From contig OZ025771.1 of NCBI GenBank assembly GCA_964019335.1, positions 1-9,935 of the forward strand: 9,935 nucleotides of DNA. The letters are read 5' to 3'. The first letter of the stretch is position 1; each line of letters opens with the position of its first letter. Under the pieces are notes generated by a model. It had not been told where the DNA came from. It ran no database searches and was given only the letters and a program-made list of their open reading frames with translations. Below, piece by piece: positions 1-9,619 of the stretch. A program made the translations under genes and the position numbers. The DNA is from Diplonema japonicum (lineage: Eukaryota > Protista > Euglenozoa: Diplonemea).

Positions 1-384
1 ATACTCTGTAGATGGTATGGCTAGAGAGAGCACAGCTGCTCTTCTAGTAGATAATACCTCTACTCTGTACATCCCATGCTCCATGCATGACATGATCTAT
101 GGTAATGATACCGTTAGTGGTATGCTCCATGATGTCATGGCTAGAGAGATGGTGTGTTCTCCCCACTCTCTGGATATGCTGGCATCCTTAGGATGTACCA
201 TCATGCCATGATATGATAATACTACTACTATGATAAGTAGGCATACACACTGTGTTAGTGCTAGTACATGTATATCATATACTGTATGTACTACTACACA
301 GAGTACTTACATGATAAGTAGTACGCTGGTATCTCTACAGACACTCTCAGGATGTGGTGGTGTCTAGAGATGGTATCCAAGCTA

Positions 385-439
385 GGGATCCTGGGATCTA
401 GAGGTTGGGTCTCCACCCCTGGGATCCTGGGATCTAGAG
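385..439 (+). repeat. 19-bp direct repeat pair
   Basis: GGGATCCTGGGATCTAGAG at 385-403 and 421-439. Confidence 0.85.
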
Positions 440-682
440 AAGGGGTCCCCATCCCCAGGATGATGTCATGAGGGGATGAGTAGAGCTATGATACCATTAA
501 TACAGTTAGTACATCATTATGTAATACTAGTATTATGCATGTACATATATCCCCCGTATACATGGGATAGATATATGATACATACACAGTACTTACATAG
601 TATGTAATGATAGTATTATAGGTGGTAATAGGAGGGTATATTGAGGGGTCCCAGAAGGGCTGGATAAGGGGGCATGCTAGGG

Positions 683-973
683 GGTTTACGTCCCTGTAGC
701 CCTCCGATTCCTGAACCCCTTCAGGGCTGTATCGGGTGAATTCGTAGAATTACCCCGTAGGAGCCCTGGAATGGTTTACGTCCCTGTAGCCCTCCAATAT
801 TGGGACACCTCTCTGGGCTCCTACGGGTGATTTCTGCAAATTAACCCGCTACGTCCCAGAGAATATCTACGTCCCTGTAGCCCTCCAATTCCTGAAACCC
901 TTGTGGGACACTACGTAAGAATTATGCAAATTACCTCGCTATATCCCCCACGCGCGCGCGCGCGCGTAAGGAT
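683..973 (+). repeat. Three diverged ~90-bp tandem units with internal inverted repeats, ending in (CG)8
   Basis: TACGTCCCTGTAGCCCTCC begins at 687, 777 and 868 (spacing 90, 91). Each unit has a stem-loop. ACGCGCGCGCGCGCGCGT lies at 950-967. Confidence 0.9.
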
Positions 974-1194
974 AACTGTTAGGATAGTAAGGTGCCCCCA
1001 AGGTGTCCCCAAAGGGGTAGGGTATAGGACCCCCAATATAAGGGGGTACAGAGAGGGGTTAGGATAAGGGTCTAATACATAGGGGTTAGTAGACAGTGTG
1101 TAGACAAGGGGTTAGTTAGTAGACAGTGTGTAGGGGCTAATACCACAGTATACAAGGGATAATGTACTACCCCATACCAGTGGTTACATACTCT

Positions 1195-1242
1195 CTGCTA
1201 ACAGTGTGTGTCCCTGCTAACAGTGTGTGTCCCTGCTAACAG
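1195..1242 (+). repeat. 19-bp tandem repeat, 2.5 copies
   Basis: CTGCTAACAGTGTGTGTCC at 1195 and 1214, partial at 1233. Confidence 0.9.
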
Positions 1243-1625
1243 GTACTTACTACAGGCCCCCAGACGTGCCCTGCTATGGAATCCCCTGTTATGAGATACC
1301 ACCACCAGACACCCTACTTGTGCTACCCCCCAGAGAACACACCCTTCTGCTGGTGTTCCTGTTAGTTGGTGTTATCCCCAGATGTATAGCTACACCCTTC
1401 TGGAGCACTGCTTGTGCTACTACATGTATTACTACACACTGTCTGTGTTACTCTCTGTGTTAGTGTGTAGTGTGTTACTGTACTTAGCTAAACAGTGTGT
1501 TTCCTCTTGTATGTTATGGATATCAGTACCTCTGGATGTACTCCCCACAGGCCTCCGTACCTCTGCTAACAGGTCCTAGCATCCCTAATCCCAGGATCTA
1601 AGGGTTCCGAGGGGTCCCAATCTAG

Positions 1626-1735
1626 GGGTTTACGTCCCTGTAGCTATGCAATTCCTGAAACCCTTGTGGGACACTACGGATGAATTCGTAGAATTACCTC
1701 GCTATATCCCCCACGCGCGCGCGCGCGCGTAAGGA
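1626..1735 (+). repeat. Solitary fourth copy of the ~90-bp unit, ending in (CG)8
   Basis: TACGTCCCTGTAGC at 1631. It shares AATTCCTGAAACCCTTGTGGGACACTACG and AATTACCTCGCTATATCCCCCA(CG)8TAAGGA with unit 3. Confidence 0.9.
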
Positions 1736-2116
1736 CATGAGTCCATATACAGGTCTCTACACCCTAATCCCCAGGTTAAAGCACCCTTTCTAAGGATACC
1801 TCTGTACAGCACACCCGTTATCAGGGGTTACACACTCTCTGCTGTTCTCTGATAATGTGTAGTTACTGTACTTACTGTTATCCCATGCATACTGTGGTAT
1901 TACGTACTTCACACTGTCTATGTTCCTGTGTTATGGTACTTAGCTAAACAGTGTGTCTGTACTACCACCTGTATATGCTCCCCACAGGTATCCCCAGATG
2001 TATAGCCACACCCTTCTGGGATGATGTACTTACTATTAACATGTACTTCCATAGTTACTTACTTAGATACACTGTCTGTACTAGTGGCACCACCACATGT
2101 TCCCAGTACTACTCCT

Positions 2117-4173
2117 AGCACTAGATATCATAGTTAGCACAGTATGTATCCCTATGTACATACAGCATGTACTGGTGTGCATGATATCATATACAGTACA
2201 TGGCACCACCACAGCTACTGGTGGTATTACCTGTGTTAGCTGGAGATGGTGTAGTTCCATACTCCTGGTATTCTCTGAGTTAGTACTTCTAGTATTCCAC
2301 AGGTTCCTCCACTCTCAGGATACCTGTGCTACTGATATCATACTATGTACTAGCCATGATACCTATGACAGTACTACATGCATCCATTGCACATGTAGCA
2401 CTACACAGGATATATGCTCATGCATACTGTGTGTACTGGTGGTAGGATATGCTCTATGCCACACACTCAGTGTATTGGTGGCATTACCTGTGTTAGTACT
2501 CCTGGTGTTCCACTGGTTCCATACTCCTGTGTTCTCAGGGAATGGTGCCACTAGATATCTACTGCACAGCTAACATGGCATCTCCTTCTGTACTATGCCA
2601 TGGTATGTACTACAGGATGTACTACATGCATCCATTGCACATGTAGCACTACACAGGATATATGCTCATGCATACTGTGTGTACTGGTGTGCATGATATC
2701 ATATACAGTACATGGCACTGCATCCTGTGCATTGGTGCCATTGCCTGTGCTACTAGGATACCTCCGTACTTCCCTAGTTCCATACTCCTGGTATTCTCTG
2801 AGTTAGTACTTTCCCTAACTTAGGGTTACCACTACTCTCAGGATACCTCTGTACTACTGACAGCACTAGATATCATAGTTAGCACAGTATGTATCCCCTG
2901 TGCTCTATGCACTACATACTATGTATCCCCATGTACATACAGCATGTACTGGTGTGCATGATATCATATACAGTACATGGCACCACCACAGCTACTGGTG
3001 GTATTACCTGTGTTAGCTGGAGATGGTGTACTTCATACTCCTGGTATTCTCTGAGTTAGTACTTCTAGTATTCCACAGGTTCCTCCACTCTCAGGATACC
3101 TGTGCTACTGATATCATACTATGTACTAGCCATGATACCTATGACAGTACTACATGCATCCATTGCACATGTAGCACTACACAGGATATATGCTCATGCA
3201 TACTGTGTGTGTACTGGTGGTAGGATATGCTCTATGCCACACACTCAGTGTATTGGTGGCATTACCTGTGTTAGTACTCCTGGTGTTCCACTGGTTCCAT
3301 ACTCCTGTGTTCTCAGGGAATGGTGCCACTAGATATCTACTGCACAGCTAACATGGCATCTCCTTCTGTACTATGCCATGGTATGTACTACAGGATGTAC
3401 TACATGCATCCATTGCACATGTAGCACTACACAGGATATATGCTCATGCATACTGTGTGTACTGGTGTGCATGATATCATATACAGTACATGGCACTGCA
3501 TCCTGTGCATTGGTGCCATTGCCTGTGCTACTAGGATACCTCCGTACTTCCCTAGTTCCATACTCCTGGTATTCTCTGAGTTAGTACTTTCCCTAACTTA
3601 GGGTTACCACTACTCTCAGGATACCTCTGTACTACTGACAGCACTAGATATCATAGTTAGCACAGTATGTATCCCCTGTGCTCTATGCACTACATACTAT
3701 GTATTCCCTATGTACATACAGCATGTACTGGTGTGCATGATATCATATACAGTACATGGCACCACCACAGCTACTGGTGGTATTACCTGTGTTAGCTGGA
3801 GATGGTGTACTTCATACTCCTGGTATTCTCTGAGTTAGTACTTCTAGTATTCCACAGGTTCCTCCACTCTCAGGATACCTGTGCTACTGATATCATACTA
3901 TGTACTAGCCATGATACCTATGACAGTACTACATGCATCCATTGCACATGTAGCACTACACAGGATATATGCTCATGCATACTGTGTGTACTGGTGGTAG
4001 GATATGCTCTATGCCACACACTCAGTGTATTGGTGGCATTACCTGTGTTAGTACTCCTGGTATTCCACTGGTTCCATACTCCTGTGTTCTCAGGGAATGG
4101 TGCCACTAGGTATCTACTGCACAGCTAACATGGCATCTCCTTCTGTACTATGCCATGGTATGTACTACAGGAT
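2117..4173 (+). repeat. Tandem array of ~2.7 copies of a ~778-bp unit
   Basis: AGCACTAGATATCATAGTTAGCACAGTATGTATCCC occurs at 2117, 2862 and 3640 (the first copy lacks a ~32-bp piece). ORF offsets are 2600/3378 and 3023/3802. Copies differ by a few substitutions and 1-2 bp indels. Confidence 0.93.
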
Positions 4174-4352
4174 ATACTACTGATATCATACTATCTGTAT
4201 TGGGGATACATCCTCTGTGTGTCTGCCCATACTTAGGATAGTACTGCTTAGAGGTATTCATGCTTAGTTAGTATCCTTACCAGCATGTTCTCCTCATTAT
4301 GAGGTACATGGTTGGTAGAGTATACCGCCACCATCCTCATGAGATGGTATGG

Positions 4353-4809
4353 CTAGAGAGCACACCACATCCTTGGGATGCATTGGTGTGTGTACTCCTA
4401 GGATATGACATGCCTGTACTCTCTGTACTACTGATAGTACTACATGCATTACCTGTGCTAGCTAGGAATGGTATGAGTACTTACCACTGTACTTACTGAT
4501 AGTATGACAGTACTGCTGCAGCCATGGCTAGACAGGCTAGTGGTGTGGTACTCCGTTCTACAGGAGTATCCTGGGATGTAAGAGCAGTAGGACATTGCAC
4601 AGCTAAGCCAGCAGTGTCTCCTGTACATGGCATGATCTACTGTGTTAGTTAGACAGTGTGTATTCCTAGGATAATACTTACCACTGTACTTACTACTGAT
4701 AATACTGGTAGCACTACAGGATGTACTTCCCTAGAGAGCACACCACATCCTTGGGATGCATTGGTGTGTGTACTCCTAGGATATGACATGCCTGTACTCT
4801 CTGTACTAC
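4353..4809 (+). repeat. 79-bp direct repeat pair (4353-4431, 4731-4809) containing a hairpin
   Basis: CTAGAGAGCACACCACATCCTTGGGATGCATTGGTGTG...CTCTGTACTAC is identical in both positions. Confidence 0.9.
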
Positions 4810-4877
4810 CTGAGTATGACAGTACTGATGCAGCCATGGTATGAGCAGGAGCATCTCCTTCTCTGCTCTACAGGATG

Positions 4878-4938
4878 TACTACTGATAGTACTGGTAGCA
4901 CTACATGCATTGGCATGAGTACTTACCATTGTACTTAC
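4878..4938 (+). repeat. 61-bp direct repeat, left border of cassette
   Basis: TACTACTGATAGTACTGGTAGCACTACATGCATTGGCATGAGTACTTACCATTGTACTTAC is identical to 5120-5180. Confidence 0.93.
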
Positions 4939-5119
4939 ATGAGTAGATGGATACAGGACATGCTCCTGGTGTAGTAGAAGACATGCACGCCATGCTCATG
5001 ATCTTCTTCTTCATCATGCCAGGAGTGATGAGTGGATTAGGTAACCTGCTGGTTCCCATCCACCTCTGTGTTCCAGAGATGGTGTTCCCCAAGGTTAACA
5101 ACCTAGGTGTACCATGATA
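4939..5119 (+). other. Unique cassette (cox1 module plus short unique flanks) embedded in repetitive constant region
   Basis: 181-bp non-repeated segment lying exactly between two 61-bp direct repeats. It has about 44 bp of left flank and about 11 bp of right flank around the coding piece. The cassette concept comes from diplonemid mtDNA; true limits require comparison with sister chromosomes. Confidence 0.7.
4983..5108 (+). CDS. cox1: Internal fragment (gene module, probably module 2) of mitochondrial cytochrome c oxidase subunit 1; boundaries approximate
   Basis: Manual translation from 4983 gives MHAMLMIFFFIMPGVMSGLGNLLVPIHLCVPEMVFPKVNNLG. It aligns without gaps to the COX1 segment [42 protein letters not shown] (about residues 60-101, bovine numbering), including the heme a ligand His61, MIFF..MP, G.GN.LVP and P.M.FP..NN. 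Similarity stops abruptly on both sides (upstream MDTGHAPGVVED, downstream VP-TGA). The enclosing ORF 4947-5117 is only 56 aa, shorter than anything in the ORF track. Confidence 0.93.
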
Positions 5120-5231
5120 TACTACTGATAGTACTGGTAGCACTACATGCATTGGCATGAGTACTTACCATTGTACTTACTACAGTATATACTACTGATA
5201 GTACTGGTAGCACTACATGCATTGGCATGAG
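5120..5231 (+). repeat. 61-bp direct repeat, right border of cassette (5120-5180), plus partial third copy (5190-5231)
   Basis: Identical to 4878-4938. The first 42 bp are repeated again 70 bp downstream. Confidence 0.92.
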
Positions 5232-6128
5232 CAGGAGCATCTCCTTCTCTGCTTAGCTAGGATATCCTACTGACAGTACTGGTGGTATTCCCACAGGCAT
5301 TGTTGCCTAGGATGTACACCACCACCATTCCCTTCTCTAGGGATAATGGAGTAGCTACAGTATGAGGTACATGGTTACTAGAGTATACCGCCACCATCCT
5401 CATGACTAGGATATGAGGTACATGGTTACTAGAGTATACTGCCAGCATACTCTGTAGATGGTATGGCTAGAGAGAGCACAGCTGCTCTTCTAGTAGATAA
5501 TACCTCTACTCTGTACATCCCATGCTCCATGCATGACATGATCTATGGTAATGATACCGTTAGTGGTATGCTCCATGATGTCATGGCTAGAGAGATGGTG
5601 TGTTCTCCCCACTCTCTGGATATGCTGGCATCCTTAGGATGTACCATCATGCCATGATATGATAATACTACTACTATGATAAGTAGGCATACACACTGTG
5701 TTAGTGCTAGTACATGTATATCATATACTGTATGTACTACTACACAGAGTACTTACATGATAAGTAGTACGCTGGTATCTCTACAGACACTCTCAGGATG
5801 TGGTGGTGTCTAGAGATGGTATCCAAGCTAGGGATCCTGGGATCTAGAGGTTGGGTCTCCACCCCTGGGATCCTGGGATCTAGAGAAGGGGTCCCCATCC
5901 CCAGGATGATGTCATGAGGGGATGAGTAGAGCTATGATACCATTAATACAGTTAGTACATCATTATGTAATACTAGTATTATGCATGTACATATATCCCC
6001 CGTATACATGGGATAGATATATGATACATACACAGTACTTACATAGTATGTAATGATAGTATTATAGGTGGTAATAGGAGGGTATATTGAGGGGTCCCAG
6101 AAGGGCTGGATAAGGGGGCATGCTAGGG

Positions 6129-6419
6129 GGTTTACGTCCCTGTAGCCCTCCGATTCCTGAACCCCTTCAGGGCTGTATCGGGTGAATTCGTAGAATTACC
6201 CCGTAGGAGCCCTGGAATGGTTTACGTCCCTGTAGCCCTCCAATATTGGGACACCTCTCTGGGCTCCTACGGGTGATTTCTGCAAATTAACCCGCTACGT
6301 CCCAGAGAATATCTACGTCCCTGTAGCCCTCCAATTCCTGAAACCCTTGTGGGACACTACGTAAGAATTATGCAAATTACCTCGCTATATCCCCCACGCG
6401 CGCGCGCGCGCGTAAGGAT
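6129..6419 (+). repeat. Second-turn copy of the 90-bp array and (CG)8
   Basis: Equals 683-973 shifted by 5446. Confidence 0.9.
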
Positions 6420-7562
6420 AACTGTTAGGATAGTAAGGTGCCCCCAAGGTGTCCCCAAAGGGGTAGGGTATAGGACCCCCAATATAAGGGGGTACAGAGA
6501 GGGGTTAGGATAAGGGTCTAATACATAGGGGTTAGTAGACAGTGTGTAGACAAGGGGTTAGTTAGTAGACAGTGTGTAGGGGCTAATACCACAGTATACA
6601 AGGGATAATGTACTACCCCATACCAGTGGTTACATACTCTCTGCTAACAGTGTGTGTCCCTGCTAACAGTGTGTGTCCCTGCTAACAGGTACTTACTACA
6701 GGCCCCCAGACGTGCCCTGCTATGGAATCCCCTGTTATGAGATACCACCACCAGACACCCTACTTGTGCTACCCCCCAGAGAACACACCCTTCTGCTGGT
6801 GTTCCTGTTAGTTGGTGTTATCCCCAGATGTATAGCTACACCCTTCTGGAGCACTGCTTGTGCTACTACATGTATTACTACACACTGTCTGTGTTACTCT
6901 CTGTGTTAGTGTGTAGTGTGTTACTGTACTTAGCTAAACAGTGTGTTTCCTCTTGTATGTTATGGATATCAGTACCTCTGGATGTACTCCCCACAGGCCT
7001 CCGTACCTCTGCTAACAGGTCCTAGCATCCCTAATCCCAGGATCTAAGGGTTCCGAGGGGTCCCAATCTAGGGGTTTACGTCCCTGTAGCTATGCAATTC
7101 CTGAAACCCTTGTGGGACACTACGGATGAATTCGTAGAATTACCTCGCTATATCCCCCACGCGCGCGCGCGCGCGTAAGGACATGAGTCCATATACAGGT
7201 CTCTACACCCTAATCCCCAGGTTAAAGCACCCTTTCTAAGGATACCTCTGTACAGCACACCCGTTATCAGGGGTTACACACTCTCTGCTGTTCTCTGATA
7301 ATGTGTAGTTACTGTACTTACTGTTATCCCATGCATACTGTGGTATTACGTACTTCACACTGTCTATGTTCCTGTGTTATGGTACTTAGCTAAACAGTGT
7401 GTCTGTACTACCACCTGTATATGCTCCCCACAGGTATCCCCAGATGTATAGCCACACCCTTCTGGGATGATGTACTTACTATTAACATGTACTTCCATAG
7501 TTACTTACTTAGATACACTGTCTGTACTAGTGGCACCACCACATGTTCCCAGTACTACTCCT

Positions 7563-9619
7563 AGCACTAGATATCATAGTTAGCACAGTATGTATCCCTA
7601 TGTACATACAGCATGTACTGGTGTGCATGATATCATATACAGTACATGGCACCACCACAGCTACTGGTGGTATTACCTGTGTTAGCTGGAGATGGTGTAG
7701 TTCCATACTCCTGGTATTCTCTGAGTTAGTACTTCTAGTATTCCACAGGTTCCTCCACTCTCAGGATACCTGTGCTACTGATATCATACTATGTACTAGC
7801 CATGATACCTATGACAGTACTACATGCATCCATTGCACATGTAGCACTACACAGGATATATGCTCATGCATACTGTGTGTACTGGTGGTAGGATATGCTC
7901 TATGCCACACACTCAGTGTATTGGTGGCATTACCTGTGTTAGTACTCCTGGTGTTCCACTGGTTCCATACTCCTGTGTTCTCAGGGAATGGTGCCACTAG
8001 ATATCTACTGCACAGCTAACATGGCATCTCCTTCTGTACTATGCCATGGTATGTACTACAGGATGTACTACATGCATCCATTGCACATGTAGCACTACAC
8101 AGGATATATGCTCATGCATACTGTGTGTACTGGTGTGCATGATATCATATACAGTACATGGCACTGCATCCTGTGCATTGGTGCCATTGCCTGTGCTACT
8201 AGGATACCTCCGTACTTCCCTAGTTCCATACTCCTGGTATTCTCTGAGTTAGTACTTTCCCTAACTTAGGGTTACCACTACTCTCAGGATACCTCTGTAC
8301 TACTGACAGCACTAGATATCATAGTTAGCACAGTATGTATCCCCTGTGCTCTATGCACTACATACTATGTATCCCCATGTACATACAGCATGTACTGGTG
8401 TGCATGATATCATATACAGTACATGGCACCACCACAGCTACTGGTGGTATTACCTGTGTTAGCTGGAGATGGTGTACTTCATACTCCTGGTATTCTCTGA
8501 GTTAGTACTTCTAGTATTCCACAGGTTCCTCCACTCTCAGGATACCTGTGCTACTGATATCATACTATGTACTAGCCATGATACCTATGACAGTACTACA
8601 TGCATCCATTGCACATGTAGCACTACACAGGATATATGCTCATGCATACTGTGTGTGTACTGGTGGTAGGATATGCTCTATGCCACACACTCAGTGTATT
8701 GGTGGCATTACCTGTGTTAGTACTCCTGGTGTTCCACTGGTTCCATACTCCTGTGTTCTCAGGGAATGGTGCCACTAGATATCTACTGCACAGCTAACAT
8801 GGCATCTCCTTCTGTACTATGCCATGGTATGTACTACAGGATGTACTACATGCATCCATTGCACATGTAGCACTACACAGGATATATGCTCATGCATACT
8901 GTGTGTACTGGTGTGCATGATATCATATACAGTACATGGCACTGCATCCTGTGCATTGGTGCCATTGCCTGTGCTACTAGGATACCTCCGTACTTCCCTA
9001 GTTCCATACTCCTGGTATTCTCTGAGTTAGTACTTTCCCTAACTTAGGGTTACCACTACTCTCAGGATACCTCTGTACTACTGACAGCACTAGATATCAT
9101 AGTTAGCACAGTATGTATCCCCTGTGCTCTATGCACTACATACTATGTATTCCCTATGTACATACAGCATGTACTGGTGTGCATGATATCATATACAGTA
9201 CATGGCACCACCACAGCTACTGGTGGTATTACCTGTGTTAGCTGGAGATGGTGTACTTCATACTCCTGGTATTCTCTGAGTTAGTACTTCTAGTATTCCA
9301 CAGGTTCCTCCACTCTCAGGATACCTGTGCTACTGATATCATACTATGTACTAGCCATGATACCTATGACAGTACTACATGCATCCATTGCACATGTAGC
9401 ACTACACAGGATATATGCTCATGCATACTGTGTGTACTGGTGGTAGGATATGCTCTATGCCACACACTCAGTGTATTGGTGGCATTACCTGTGTTAGTAC
9501 TCCTGGTATTCCACTGGTTCCATACTCCTGTGTTCTCAGGGAATGGTGCCACTAGGTATCTACTGCACAGCTAACATGGCATCTCCTTCTGTACTATGCC
9601 ATGGTATGTACTACAGGAT
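7563..9619 (+). repeat. Second-turn copy of the ~778-bp tandem array
   Basis: Equals 2117-4173 shifted by 5446. Confidence 0.92.

Larger units (their letters stand above)
1..5446. other. One complete 5,446-bp unit: putative circular diplonemid-type mitochondrial chromosome
   Basis: ATACTCTGTAGATGGTATGG at 1 recurs at 5447. All ORFs recur at +5446 (17/5463, 2097/7543, 3802/9248). A single cox1 fragment lies in otherwise non-coding DNA. Confidence 0.82.

Noticed and set aside
17-211. 64-aa ORF (copy 5463-5657) and ORFs at 1227-1579
   Set aside because: Built from constant-region words, with no protein similarity recognised.
683-949. Possible CRISPR array (constant head plus variable spacer)
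   Set aside because: The intervening segments are ~70 bp, homologous to each other and self-complementary. There are only three units and no cas genes.
1055-1115. Telomeric TTAGGG array
   Set aside because: Only isolated GGGTTAG words, no tandem array.
2097-4128. ORFs of 62-158 aa in the 778-bp array (and copies at 7543-9574)
   Set aside because: Cys/Val/Thr/Leu-rich translations of low-complexity repeats with no recognisable motif. Indels between copies break the frames, and scarcity of AA reduces stop codons.
4947-5117. Treating ATG 4947 to TGA 5117 as a complete small gene or a decayed pseudogene
   Set aside because: Only 4983-5108 resembles COX1 and it has no frameshift or stop. TGA is read as Trp in diplonemid mitochondria, so these are probably not real start and stop signals.
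4901-5158. 85-aa minus-strand ORF overlapping the cox1 piece
   Set aside because: Antisense shadow of the cox1 frame that begins and ends in the flanking repeats. No recognisable homology, although an overlapping opposite-strand module cannot be formally excluded.
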